This document shows positions 18,505 through 28,906 of a stretch of DNA of 64,000 nt, piece after piece; the stretch's first letter is position 1; each line of letters opens with the position of its first letter. Where the stretch lies: the NCBI GenBank assembly GCA_016188545.1, contig JACPHO010000001.1, forward strand, positions 483,324 through 547,323, given 5' to 3'. The position numbers were made by a program, and so were the translations under genes. The DNA is from Candidatus Shapirobacteria bacterium. GTDB taxonomy: Bacteria > Patescibacteriota > Microgenomatia > UBA12405. The notes beneath the pieces are model-generated. The model saw only the letters and a program-made list of their open reading frames with translations. It did no database searches and was not told the DNA's origin.

Positions 18505-19194
18505 ATGAAATACACTGGCGATAACGTGCTTGATACTATGGCCAATTGCGCTATAAACAGAAACAATTCGATTTATAACTTAATTGTCAAATATTTTAAT
18601 ATAAATAATTTATCAAAGCCAAAATCAATTCTCGAATTTGGCGCCGGTAGAGGCGAATTTATTAACCGATTTCTAAAATTTAAAAACCTGACTACTTTTG
18701 CCACCGAACTTGACAAATCATATCTAAAACTACTTCAACAAAAACACAAATCCTATATCGACTTAATACAGATAACCCAAAAAATAGACTATATTTTTGC
18801 CAATGATGTGCTAGAACACAACAAAAACGATACTGAAATTTTAATACAAATGTTTCAAAAATTAACAACTGGTGGACGACTCTTTATTTATGTTCCAGCC
18901 CGACCTGAACTATATTCGATATTTGATAAAAACATTGGACATTATCGTCGTTACACTATCAAGGACTTAAGATCAAAAGCAATAAAAGCTGGTTTTACTA
19001 TCCAAAAAATACAATATCATGACTTTTTGGGTTATTTTGCCGCAGTTTTTAACAAGTTTACTTCAAACGGTGAATTAAATCCCAGTGCGGTTCATTTTTA
19101 TGACAAACAACTTTTCCCCATATCTCAGTTTATCGAAAAACTTTTCCCAGTTCCAATTGGTAAGAGCATTATGATGGTAGCTATCAAAAAATGA
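18505..19194 (+). CDS. Class I SAM-dependent methyltransferase
   Basis: ILEFGAGRG, DVLEH, VPA..LYS.FD..IGHYRRY. Confidence 0.88.
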   Translation: MKYTGDNVLDTMANCAINRNNSIYNLIVKYFNINNLSKPKSILEFGAGRGEFINRFLKFKNLTTFATELDKSYLKLLQQKHKSYIDLIQITQKIDYIFANDVLEHNKNDTEILIQMFQKLTTGGRLFIYVPARPELYSIFDKNIGHYRRYTIKDLRSKAIKAGFTIQKIQYHDFLGYFAAVFNKFTSNGELNPSAVHFYDKQLFPISQFIEKLFPVPIGKSIMMVAIKK

Positions 19195-20141
19195 AAAAAA
19201 TATATAAAAGAATAAGTATTGTTATTCCCGCTTATAACGAAAGCAAAATTATCCTTGATTCTGCAACAAAAGTAGTTAAAGAAATTGTCGAAATTCAGAA
19301 GGAATCATTAGTTGATAGTTATGAAATAATTTTTGTTAACGATGGCAGTGAAGACAATACTTGGAGTAGTATACAAAAACTCCACCAACAAAATCCCAAT
19401 ATTCTAGGTATTAGCTTATCGCGAAATTTCGGACTGCAAATAGCCCTTACTGCAGGATTAAATAAAGCAAAAGGGGACTACACTGTCATGCTCGAATGTG
19501 ACCTTCAAGAACCTCCAAAACTAATCAAAAAAATGTTAATTCAGTTAGTTAAAACCAACAGTGACGTTGTTTATGGTCGCCGTACCAGTCGTTCAGAATC
19601 ACTACCCAAACAACTTATATTCAAACTTTTTCATTATGTTTATCACCACTTGAGTAAAAACGGACCACCGCAAAATGTAGGTACCTTTTCAATTATGAAT
19701 CGGCGTGCTCTAAACGCCATTCTTTCCTTCAAGGAAAAAAACAAGTATCTTCCGGGTCTCAGACATCTTATCGGCTACAAACAATCTTTTATCGACTACA
19801 AACGCCTCGATCGACACGATGGTCCACCTAAAATGACCACCTCAAAGCTTCTTGAACTAGCTTTTAACGCTGTTTTTTCATTTACTGATCTACCACTAAA
19901 AATCTGTTTTTATTTAGGAATAGCCGGAACTGTTTTTTCAATATTGATCGGATTATACGCTCTAGTCACTAGACTACTAAACTACCATGTCACTGTCGGC
20001 TGGAGCTCAACTCTCCTTAGCATTTATTTTTTTGGCAGTATCCAACTAATATTTTTGGGAGTTATTGGCCAATATATCTACAAAATTTATACCGAAGTCC
20101 AAAACCGACCAAGCTATTTTATATCTGACGAAATTAATTAA
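19191..20141 (+). CDS. GT2 polyprenol-phosphate glycosyltransferase (GtrB/ArnC-like)
   Basis: SIVIPAYNE, DGSED, LSRNFG, two C-terminal TM helices, GQYI.KIY.EV..RP.Y. Confidence 0.9.
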   Translation: MKKIYKRISIVIPAYNESKIILDSATKVVKEIVEIQKESLVDSYEIIFVNDGSEDNTWSSIQKLHQQNPNILGISLSRNFGLQIALTAGLNKAKGDYTVMLECDLQEPPKLIKKMLIQLVKTNSDVVYGRRTSRSESLPKQLIFKLFHYVYHHLSKNGPPQNVGTFSIMNRRALNAILSFKEKNKYLPGLRHLIGYKQSFIDYKRLDRHDGPPKMTTSKLLELAFNAVFSFTDLPLKICFYLGIAGTVFSILIGLYALVTRLLNYHVTVGWSSTLLSIYFFGSIQLIFLGVIGQYIYKIYTEVQNRPSYFISDEIN

Positions 20142-20182
20142 TTTCGACTTTAAGAAAAAACCCCTCCCTTTTCATATATTAG

Positions 20183-21439
20183 TCATATCTCATCAAAGTT
20201 AGTATTTATTATCTCAATTTTTATATGTTCTGTTGCATAACGGTAAACCATCAAATGTCCCATACCAACATACCAAACATCTGTTCTGTTTTTAACATAA
20301 TCCAGGTGGAGAGGAAAATCACCATCAGCTCTCCATGAAACATTTTGTGGATGAAGCCCAAGGTGATATATCTTTCCGGCAGCATGGTCGCTGTCAAACT
20401 GGGCGTTCATCGTTGCCAGACTCACCGATTCTGCAAATGCGTATCGATCCCAATGCTCGTATAATCCACTTATCTCATCCCAAACAGGAAAAATACCTTC
20501 ATAAACATAAGTCCCAAAACCTGCGACGTTGGTTAAATATTTATATTCTCCAACTTTTGCCTGCATTACCTCGCTGTATTTACTAAGAGGAGTAATCCAT
20601 GCAAAAAGATATTCTTTCGAGCCTTTTTTATTCAGTGGTGGCATCGTAAGGTTATCCAATATCGTCTGCCTTGATTCACCAACATTAAAATCGTCGGACA
20701 TAGGTAAGTGTGACATAGAGTGTGAAGCTGGTTCAATATATCCGTTATCGATTTTCGACTGAATATTTTCCCAAGTCTCGGCTGTAAAATCTCCCATGTG
20801 AAAAAATCCCGCGGTAACCCAAACACCCTTAGAGGCAAAAGTATCACTGGCCGTCTCAAAGTCAGACAATTGGACCACTCCGCAGTCGTCCATCGTAAAA
20901 ACAGCTGCAGAAACCCGATTGTCATAATATTGAGTGAAATTCAAAAAGGTCACACCAGTCAACCCGTCTCCATTATTTCTGATAAATTTAACATAAAAAG
21001 AGTCGGACGTTTGGGGAAAAAGAATTGAAACATAGGCATATCCAAGTGTATAATCAAATCTGACAGCTTCAATACCATTAAAGATATCCGGCGAAGTTTT
21101 TTCTGTAAGTTGTATATAAGAGCCTCCGGGACTATCTTTCTTCCAAACCTGAATACCACTCGACGAAAGGGGAATTTGGAATTTGTAGGTAAGTGGATAA
21201 GTAAGTCCATAGTCAAATCTGGCTGTAGCATCAGCAACAATTCTAAATGTGGAGCCACGACTTATTAAAGAAGTTCGTTTATTGAAAAAAAAATAATAAA
21301 AGCCGAGAGAAAACATAGTCAACAATATCAAAATCAAGAAAATATACCCGAATAATTTTCTCCCTTGCTTCAAGATAATTATGTAATTTGATAAACTAAC
21401 AACTCCAAAAAATCTAATTACATTTCCTAAATATAACAA
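20183..21439 (-). CDS. Membrane-anchored polysaccharide deacetylase-like (CE4/NodB fold) protein
   Basis: FTMDD, EPASHSMSH, YHLGLHP motifs after an N-terminal hydrophobic anchor; start codon uncertain. Confidence 0.65.
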   Translation of the reverse strand: MLYLGNVIRFFGVVSLSNYIIILKQGRKLFGYIFLILILLTMFSLGFYYFFFNKRTSLISRGSTFRIVADATARFDYGLTYPLTYKFQIPLSSSGIQVWKKDSPGGSYIQLTEKTSPDIFNGIEAVRFDYTLGYAYVSILFPQTSDSFYVKFIRNNGDGLTGVTFLNFTQYYDNRVSAAVFTMDDCGVVQLSDFETASDTFASKGVWVTAGFFHMGDFTAETWENIQSKIDNGYIEPASHSMSHLPMSDDFNVGESRQTILDNLTMPPLNKKGSKEYLFAWITPLSKYSEVMQAKVGEYKYLTNVAGFGTYVYEGIFPVWDEISGLYEHWDRYAFAESVSLATMNAQFDSDHAAGKIYHLGLHPQNVSWRADGDFPLHLDYVKNRTDVWYVGMGHLMVYRYATEHIKIEIINTNFDEI

Positions 21440-21476
21440 ACAACTAATAAATTATAACTTTAGACTTAAAGCAAAT

Positions 21477-22055
21477 TTAACTTGATTGATTCATTTCCTT
21501 TTCCCTAATCTTAACTTTCCTCGCTGGCACTCCAACCACAACACTGTATGGCTCGGTTGATTTGGTTACTACCGCTCCTGCCCCCACCACTGTTCCCTCC
21601 GCTAGTGTTACCCCAGGCATGATCACTGCATTTGCCCCAATCCAGACACCATCTTCGATCACAATCTTCTTTGGCTCAATTGGTTGGAGTGTCACTGGAA
21701 TTCTTCCATTAGAATATTGGTGCTCTCCACTTGAAATAACAATATTTGGACCAAGCAAGACGTCATTTCCAATTTCCACACCACCAATCGCATTAATATA
21801 GGTGTTTGAATTTACAGCAAAGTTTTTTCCACAACGCAACCGTTTACAATACACAAAAAATACGTTTGGTTGCACTATACAAAAAGATTCCAACTTACCA
21901 AACATTAATTTGTATAAACCAAACCGCAGTCCATAGCCAACTATCCCCGGCAAACCCCGAACCAACCACAATAGGTAACTTTCCAATTCCATGGTGACCA
22001 ACCCCATAATTCCATAGCTTTTAATCTTTGCCAGAAAATATTTTTGATCAGTCAT
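21477..22055 (-). CDS. Hexapeptide-repeat (LbH) acyltransferase
   Basis: IEDGVWIGANAVIMPGVTLAEGTVVGAGAVVTKS...GVPAR. Confidence 0.92.
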   Translation of the reverse strand: MTDQKYFLAKIKSYGIMGLVTMELESYLLWLVRGLPGIVGYGLRFGLYKLMFGKLESFCIVQPNVFFVYCKRLRCGKNFAVNSNTYINAIGGVEIGNDVLLGPNIVISSGEHQYSNGRIPVTLQPIEPKKIVIEDGVWIGANAVIMPGVTLAEGTVVGAGAVVTKSTEPYSVVVGVPARKVKIREKEMNQSS

Positions 22056-22060
22056 GAAGT

Positions 22061-22627
22061 CTAAATACCTACAAAATGTACACCAGAACCATCCATAACC
22101 TTTCGGACATTATCTGATATCAATCGTAGGGGAGTATAGACCATCAATCCCTCTGGAAGTTTGGAAAACCCACTCAAAAAGCTCAGCATTCTTTCTGGGT
22201 TATTACTAATTAAGCCCGGCACAAATCCATATTTCTTGCTTAAATAGAAAAAGTTTAGTAAGACACTTTTATTACCAAAAGCCAATGCCATATCTACCAT
22301 CTGATAGTGGAACACAAAATGGTTTGTTTTTTCTTTCTCCAACTGTTTCAATATTTCTAGTTCACACAATACCTTTACCCCAGCTGCAAAGTTCATCTTC
22401 AAGATACTCACGGCAAAAGGTAAATTGTTTAGTCCAAACCGAATAATGTTTAGGGGATTCAATGACAATGTTCTTTTCACAATCAACATGATTTGCGAAC
22501 TGCTAGTCATCTGGCGGGCAATTGCCGCCACATTTGGCACAATATAAGGATTTATAATCGACGTATTACCAGACTCAAAGTCAACGTATTTATACTTTTG
22601 GATAACATTGCTATTTTCAGTAATCAT
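22061..22627 (-). CDS. Hypothetical protein
   Basis: 188-aa ORF tightly packed in a minus-strand operon. Confidence 0.65.
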   Translation of the reverse strand: MITENSNVIQKYKYVDFESGNTSIINPYIVPNVAAIARQMTSSSQIMLIVKRTLSLNPLNIIRFGLNNLPFAVSILKMNFAAGVKVLCELEILKQLEKEKTNHFVFHYQMVDMALAFGNKSVLLNFFYLSKKYGFVPGLISNNPERMLSFLSGFSKLPEGLMVYTPLRLISDNVRKVMDGSGVHFVGI

Positions 22628-22630
22628 ATT

Positions 22631-24535
22631 TTAATTTTGACTAACTTTATAACTTTCATGAATCATTGCCTCCGTACCTATAACCCACTTCAGGTTGTTT
22701 GCCACAACCTTTGTCTTAGTATCTTTCACATCTCTTATTGAATTTATAAAGAGATAGTCCTCCGTTGAGTACGCCTCGCCGCTAGCATCAGGATTTAACT
22801 CAAACATCCCCGGAACAACAGCCGGAAGATCCTTTTCTAAATAAGTCACTGACTTACCATTAGAAGTTATCGTTAAGGATTTCCCGTCACTAGTCACCAT
22901 GGCTTTCTCAAATTGAATTTCAAAAAGCATTTTGGGGATATCCACTCCTTTTACAGACCAAGATAAAAACATTTCGCCTACATATTCACCATAATCAAGG
23001 GTCAAGTTTGCCTCGTCATCTATAGTGGTCGAAAAAATCTTATCTATTTTTCCACTAATTGACTTTGGAACACCTAAAAGAAATGATGTCACACTGAATA
23101 AATGTGGACCGGGATTCATCAACACCCCACCACCAGACTTTGATCTGTTAAACATCCAACCTTTTTTTACTCCAAATACTTCACCATGCTCATAACTCGC
23201 TTTAAAAGATTTAATTTTCCCATAACTTTTCTTGTCGATTATTCGCTTAAACTCATTAATAGATCGTTTAAATAATAATGTATATCCGACAAAAACTTTA
23301 CCTGAATATTTTGATTCCAAAACTTTTAACTTATCTAGTTCAATAGAATTCATAGCTAACGGTTTTTCCACAAACACTGACAAACCCTTTTTTAGACATT
23401 TTTTAAGCAAATTTAGATGTGTGAAAGTTGGTGTCAATATAAAAACACCATCTAGTTTTTCACTATCCAGTGCAGTATCTAAATTATCATAAAAATTACC
23501 ACTTACTCCCATACTCTTTATAACTGGCCACGACTTCGTGTTGCTGTCGACCAATGCGGCAATTCTCACTCCCTTTATTGCACTTAAGGCAGCCAAATGC
23601 ATCATTCCCATTTTTCCCAGTCCTACCACTCCTATTTTAATATCATCACTCGAAAATACTTTTTTAAGTCCATCGTCAAAATTCATCGGTACAAGTTTAT
23701 ATTTTTTTACTATTGCCGATGCGTCACAATTCGTTGGCTGGGTTGAACCAAGAACATTATCAACATAAAAAGGTGGTGTCTTCATCCCCAACAGTTTAAA
23801 AAAATTTCCCGCCATCAACCCTATCCACACCGGAATATGTAACAGGGGATTCTTCCTTCCCAAATAACCCAATATTTTTGTATACAACTGGTTGTAACTA
23901 ACGCCCTCAAGACAACCAATGTCATAAACCACTTTGTTTGCCGCTCTGTCATTAACCACCAACTCCAAATACTTGCTCAAATCGTCAACATGAACTGGGT
24001 TTACCAAAATCTCACCATTACCAAACACTGGAATAAAAGGCAACATATTAACCATTCCCTTAATTTTGTTAAACAAGCCCTTATCACCCCCACCATACAC
24101 CAAACTCGGCTTCAGTATTACCCACTCAAGTTTTGATTGACTTACGATCTCGTCACTTTCTCCTTTGGTGATCGAATAGACACCCTTGTTTTTAATTTTT
24201 GTCGCCTGACTACTTATTTGTATAAATTTACTAACTTTTTTTGACTCGCATATTTCAACAAACTTTTTTGTCCCATCCACATTAACAAGTCGACTTAATT
24301 TTGGATCGTAGGGATTGGCAGCCAGATTTATAACGGTCGCCCCAACAGGGACAATCTTTTGAAGCGATCTTGAGTCTTGCAAGTCTCCCCAAACTACATT
24401 TACATTTTGACTCAACTCGAATCCAGGTATCACCCCAAATCGCACCATGGCATATATTTCATAACCTTGCCTCGCCAAATAATTTACCAAGTGCTGACCA
24501 ATAAAACCATTGGCTCCTGTAATAAAGATTTTCAT
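22631..24535 (-). CDS. Fused NAD-dependent epimerase (SDR) and Gfo/Idh/MocA oxidoreductase
   Basis: N-terminal ITGANGFIG, YSITK; C-terminal IGVVGLGKMG, TPTFTH, VEKP, GGGVL. Confidence 0.85.
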   Translation of the reverse strand: MKIFITGANGFIGQHLVNYLARQGYEIYAMVRFGVIPGFELSQNVNVVWGDLQDSRSLQKIVPVGATVINLAANPYDPKLSRLVNVDGTKKFVEICESKKVSKFIQISSQATKIKNKGVYSITKGESDEIVSQSKLEWVILKPSLVYGGGDKGLFNKIKGMVNMLPFIPVFGNGEILVNPVHVDDLSKYLELVVNDRAANKVVYDIGCLEGVSYNQLYTKILGYLGRKNPLLHIPVWIGLMAGNFFKLLGMKTPPFYVDNVLGSTQPTNCDASAIVKKYKLVPMNFDDGLKKVFSSDDIKIGVVGLGKMGMMHLAALSAIKGVRIAALVDSNTKSWPVIKSMGVSGNFYDNLDTALDSEKLDGVFILTPTFTHLNLLKKCLKKGLSVFVEKPLAMNSIELDKLKVLESKYSGKVFVGYTLLFKRSINEFKRIIDKKSYGKIKSFKASYEHGEVFGVKKGWMFNRSKSGGGVLMNPGPHLFSVTSFLLGVPKSISGKIDKIFSTTIDDEANLTLDYGEYVGEMFLSWSVKGVDIPKMLFEIQFEKAMVTSDGKSLTITSNGKSVTYLEKDLPAVVPGMFELNPDASGEAYSTEDYLFINSIRDVKDTKTKVVANNLKWVIGTEAMIHESYKVSQN

Positions 24536-24617
24536 TTTTGTCCTATAAAAAATATTAGTTAATTTATATAACGACTCATTGTATCAATTTTTACGTCTTA
24601 CAAATCATAGTCAATAT

Positions 24618-25325
24618 TTATAGGTTTATCAAAGAGCTTTTATTCCTCCATCTCCAATAGGGGATTAGTAGCAAAACCTTAATACCATCCACAGGTGTAA
24701 AACAGTCTCTTTTCCTCTCTTTTTTCTTTGCGTAAATTGTTTCAACCACAATTTTTCGATAGTTCAAGCCATATTTCCACATATTACAAATCATCTCAGT
24801 CTCCACTCCATACCTGTGACTTGTCCAGACTACTTTACTATATGCTCTCTTAGTCATAGCCCGATATCCACACAACATGTCCTCAATTGTCTGACCATAT
24901 AGAATTGCCAAAACGACTCTTATCATCCAATTTCCAAACTTCCTAATCATTGTCATCTGCCCCTTATTTATCCGAACCCCAATTACTACTTCATCGCCAC
25001 TTTTAAGTGAGTCAACGAACTTGGAAATAAGTTTTGGATCATGTTGTCCATCAGCATCTATAAATATCACCGCCTCTGCTCCATTCTTCCAGGCTACCTT
25101 TGCGCCTGTTTTCATGGCCATTCCCTTCCCTTGATTAATATCGTGTTTAACTAAAGTTACTCGCTTGTTTTTATCAAAAGCATCTTTCAAGAGTATGTCA
25201 CATCCATCACTCGAACCATCATCCACTACGACCACTTTATTCTTGGAGTTAGCCAACACCGACATTACAGTTGACACTACTCGACTTTTTTCATTATAAA
25301 CAGGAATAACTACAAAAATATCCAT
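24618..25325 (-). CDS. GT2, DPM1-like polyprenol-phosphate glycosyltransferase
   Basis: VIPVYNE, VDDGSSD, NQGKG, DADGQH, D..CGYRA. Confidence 0.9.
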   Translation of the reverse strand: MDIFVVIPVYNEKSRVVSTVMSVLANSKNKVVVVDDGSSDGCDILLKDAFDKNKRVTLVKHDINQGKGMAMKTGAKVAWKNGAEAVIFIDADGQHDPKLISKFVDSLKSGDEVVIGVRINKGQMTMIRKFGNWMIRVVLAILYGQTIEDMLCGYRAMTKRAYSKVVWTSHRYGVETEMICNMWKYGLNYRKIVVETIYAKKKERKRDCFTPVDGIKVLLLIPYWRWRNKSSLINL

Positions 25326-25368
25326 AGACTACTTATATCACAATCAGCCATTTGTACTAAAATAGCTT

Positions 25369-26778
25369 GTGTTAAAAAATATCCACCTGGTCGGCATTGT
25401 CATCCTCGCTGGACTTTTTATCTTTCTTCGATTTTACAGCCTCAACAATTCTTTTTTCTTCCTCAATGATATGGGGCGCGACATGCTCGTACTCCAAAAA
25501 TGGCACGATACAGGTAAACCACCACTTCTGGGGCCCCAAACCAGTGTCATGCCATTTAACCAAAGTGCAGTGTACTTCTACCTTCTCTACCCGGGATTTT
25601 TATTATCCGGCGGACATCCCATCTCCTCTGTTTACACCTCAGCCGTATTTTACTTATCATTTCTCTTAGCTGGCTACTATTTTCTTCATAAAGACAAACG
25701 ACTACTCTCTACATTTCTGATTTCATTCTTATTACTTTCAATCCACCCCCAATACATCTTGCAAGGTCGATTTGTTTGGAACCCATCCTTTGTCACTCCC
25801 TTAGTGATTACTTCCGTTTTTGCATTTTATTTATTAATCCAAAAGTTCACGTTAAAAAAGTTGCTAGTATTCTCTTCTAGTACTGCACTAGCCATATCAA
25901 TTTCCTATTCTGTCACTCCATTACTTCTCTGTTTTTTTATCCTTTGGTTAATTATTGACCGTCAGCATTTTCTAAAATATTTTATATTCCTAATTGGATC
26001 GCTAATCGTATTAAATTTACCCACCATTTTCTTTGAGATAAGACACAACTTTCTCCTCACCACTTCAATGTTTACCAAAAGTCCACCTACAATTAGCGAT
26101 GTTGTATTACAGCAAAGATATTACGATTTAGCTCGTTTCGTATTCCCTACAAATAGCCAAAATTTGAGTACTTTTCTTTTGATTTTGTCTATCTTGACCT
26201 GTCTATACCTAGTAATCAAACACCGAAAAAATACCCATTCTCTCGTGTTTATATCCTCAACCCTTTATCTTCTAAATGCCCTAATTACCATGGTCTTTCC
26301 CTTCCCGATTCACTCTCACTACATTTTTGGATTCACATCACTAATATTTCTGGTAATTAGCACACTCCCGACGATTACTTCTGCTCTCATCGTATTTTTA
26401 TTTTTATATAACTATCTTCAACCAGCCCAACTTGAAACTTATTTTCAACCAGCACCTCGTACCTACAGTCAAATGGTCTCTTGCTATACCAGCTATTGCC
26501 ACCAATTCAAAGAACCAACATTTGTCAGTGTTCAATCGGGAATTCTCCCATTTCACAATGGCCCAGATCACCGTTATGCACTTTCCCGATCTGGTTGCAA
26601 AATCCTCGACATCGAAACCCAAAATGGAGCCAGCAAATACATGTCAGTCATCGTCGAGTCAAGCAACTTTGATACTAAAACCAACTATTACGAACTTGAT
26701 TTATTTGGCAAACACAAAGAAATAAATAGACTTAACTGTCAACCAAATCTCGAAGTAGTTACTCTCGAAAAAATTTAA
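25369..26778 (+). CDS. GT-C (ArnT/PMT-like) membrane glycosyltransferase
   Basis: LRFY.L...F..DMGRD...LLGP, WNP motif, many TM helices. Confidence 0.75.
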   Translation: MLKNIHLVGIVILAGLFIFLRFYSLNNSFFFLNDMGRDMLVLQKWHDTGKPPLLGPQTSVMPFNQSAVYFYLLYPGFLLSGGHPISSVYTSAVFYLSFLLAGYYFLHKDKRLLSTFLISFLLLSIHPQYILQGRFVWNPSFVTPLVITSVFAFYLLIQKFTLKKLLVFSSSTALAISISYSVTPLLLCFFILWLIIDRQHFLKYFIFLIGSLIVLNLPTIFFEIRHNFLLTTSMFTKSPPTISDVVLQQRYYDLARFVFPTNSQNLSTFLLILSILTCLYLVIKHRKNTHSLVFISSTLYLLNALITMVFPFPIHSHYIFGFTSLIFLVISTLPTITSALIVFLFLYNYLQPAQLETYFQPAPRTYSQMVSCYTSYCHQFKEPTFVSVQSGILPFHNGPDHRYALSRSGCKILDIETQNGASKYMSVIVESSNFDTKTNYYELDLFGKHKEINRLNCQPNLEVVTLEKI

Positions 26779-26791
26779 TATTCCTAATACC

Positions 26792-27427
26792 TTATATTCT
26801 GCTTCCGCTATTACCCAGAATTACTTGACACTTATAGTCGTGCCACAGCCATCTACCTACATCACTCTGATCATTGGCATCGTTTGCCAATACTCTTTTA
26901 AGGTTCTTCAATAGAAGTTCTTTTGATTTTGTATTTGATTCCTCTGCTGTGTGACCTTTCAATAACGACAGTACTATTTGATTTGACGGTCCCAGAAATA
27001 GTGCCGCCACTGGATCCATCCATGATCGGGTAAAGTAAAACCTTGAAGTCTTGATAATATAATCATCAACATATCCAATAAATGCACCCACCCCTTCGGT
27101 TACCAAACGCTTCCCCAACTCCGAACCACAGCGACAACTCCTGGCAACAAACACTCTTGAATCAATCCTAAACCAGTTTGAGCTTATATCCAATAAAACT
27201 TCTTTATCGTGACCTGTTACCAAACCATAATCCCCATGTCCATTCACCCAGATTAAACCTGGCTTCTCCCTTTCTATGTAACTTTTAAAATTTTTTCGAT
27301 TTGCTTTCTTTTCTGCTAGATCAATTATCTGGAATGATTTTTTCTTGGCCACATCAATCACTTCTCTTGACCAGTAGTACAGGTAATTCAAGCCGTTGTC
27401 ATCATTCGGTCTAGTCACCAGAATCAT
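26792..27427 (-). CDS. Caspase/CHAT/gingipain-fold (clan CD) cysteine protease-like protein
   Basis: His-Gly (VNGHG) and Ser-Cys (ARSC) dyad motifs with appropriate spacing, followed by G..AFIGY. Confidence 0.6.
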   Translation of the reverse strand: MILVTRPNDDNGLNYLYYWSREVIDVAKKKSFQIIDLAEKKANRKNFKSYIEREKPGLIWVNGHGDYGLVTGHDKEVLLDISSNWFRIDSRVFVARSCRCGSELGKRLVTEGVGAFIGYVDDYIIKTSRFYFTRSWMDPVAALFLGPSNQIVLSLLKGHTAEESNTKSKELLLKNLKRVLANDANDQSDVGRWLWHDYKCQVILGNSGSRI

Positions 27428-27654
27428 ACAGTCTCAAGAATTTTATATATTTCTCCATTCACCAAATCACGCATAAAATCAGATTGAATCGTCACGATTT
27501 TTTTTCCTATCTCAGTTTCATTCTTAACATTTATTACCAAATCCTCTTTATTCAACGGAGCCTCACCACCAATAACCAACTCATAATCATCGTCATACGC
27601 CATGATCTTAGCCAGAACAATATTTTTTAAATCAGGATCTATTTTATTTTTCAT
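27424..27654 (-). CDS. Small hypothetical protein (similar to adjacent small ORF)
   Basis: 76 aa, overlaps both neighbours; VKNETEIG motif. Confidence 0.7.
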   Translation of the reverse strand: MKNKIDPDLKNIVLAKIMAYDDDYELVIGGEAPLNKEDLVINVKNETEIGKKIVTIQSDFMRDLVNGEIYKILETV

Positions 27655-27841
27655 CTATCTTTAAAAAACCCAATCTATCTAATATTTCTAGTCCCAGCAT
27701 ACCAACTTTCGTTTCACTCTCCACTTCCAGTTTCAAAACATTCCAACTAATCGGCTGACCATCAACTACCACAGCCACCTCGTTCCTAACCGGTATGGGT
27801 AAGTTAGCAAAAGTACGGAAAAATCGTGTCTTCAGTGACAT
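27644..27841 (-). CDS. Small hypothetical protein
   Basis: MSLKTRFFRTFANLP...SWNVLKLEVESETKVG; start at ATG 27841, 7 nt after TATAAT. Confidence 0.7.
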   Translation of the reverse strand: MSLKTRFFRTFANLPIPVRNEVAVVVDGQPISWNVLKLEVESETKVGMLGLEILDRLGFLKIDEK

Positions 27842-27947
27842 TAACAAGATTATAACTCTTTTTTGCTTTTTTCCCACTCCCGACTCCAGCAGTCCCAAAG
27901 ATTTCTTCAATCATTTATCAATCGTTGCGTCGGTGATAAGATGTCGA

Positions 27948-28883
27948 TTATTTCTTTACAAATATTAATAGCCCGCCGATCAAACTATTTATAACCGCCA
28001 GCACACCACCAAAGGTTGATACAAGCAGTACCTTTTCCGGAGCATACCCAAGCGGTACCAGGAAAAACAAAAACAAGTTTTCTCGAGCACCGAAGCCAGC
28101 CACCGATATTGGCAACAACAATATTAGCGATATCACCGGAATAAATATATATACCTGCAACAGGCTAATTCCTGCCCCAAAAACATTGCTATAAAACCAC
28201 ATCGGCATCATCCAAATTGGCTCTGCCAACAGCGACAATAAAAAGCAATGCAAAATTCTCCGGCGATTACCTTTCTTTAAAATATCCATTACTTGAATGC
28301 CTCGTCGAATCAGTTCAAATTTCGGCAAATACCTCTTTGCAAAATTTTCAAAATCAAAGTAAAAAACTACTACCAAAAATAAAATAGTTCCGACAAACAA
28401 CCCACCAAATACCAGTAATAATATCGGCGGGAACACATAACCCAAAGATTTTCCCAATAGTAGCGCTCCAAATCCCACAATCACAAAAGCCATCAGTCCG
28501 ATAATCCGATCTATCAGCACCGATGCCGCAATTTTTGATTTTGACAAATCAGGGTACTTACCCAAAAGCGGCACCCATTTAATTGCATCAGCCGCCAGAC
28601 CAGTTGGGAAAAATAGTCCATAAAATCCACCCAAATATGCTGCTCTCGTAAAATTCCAGTAATCTCTCCAACTAGTCTTGTCAAACAACAACCAACTCCA
28701 TCTAATCCCACCGATCAATGTAGTCATTACAAAGTACACAACCATCACCACCACAAACCAAGTCGGTACCATGGTAAATTCCCTGAAAAGATGAAGCACG
28801 TCTACCTTTCTAAACGCAAAATATATTAGTGCTATTGAAAGCACCGCCCTAAGCAACTCTGAGGACAATACTTTTTTGAGCAT
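27948..28883 (-). CDS. Lysylphosphatidylglycerol-synthase TM / flippase-like (UPF0104) membrane protein
   Basis: RW..LL, F.PTG...D, DRIIG, LPISVAGFGARE motifs. Confidence 0.85.
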   Translation of the reverse strand: MLKKVLSSELLRAVLSIALIYFAFRKVDVLHLFREFTMVPTWFVVVMVVYFVMTTLIGGIRWSWLLFDKTSWRDYWNFTRAAYLGGFYGLFFPTGLAADAIKWVPLLGKYPDLSKSKIAASVLIDRIIGLMAFVIVGFGALLLGKSLGYVFPPILLLVFGGLFVGTILFLVVVFYFDFENFAKRYLPKFELIRRGIQVMDILKKGNRRRILHCFLLSLLAEPIWMMPMWFYSNVFGAGISLLQVYIFIPVISLILLLPISVAGFGARENLFLFFLVPLGYAPEKVLLVSTFGGVLAVINSLIGGLLIFVKK

Positions 28884-28906
28884 AATCGTAATCTATACTA
28901 TATCAA

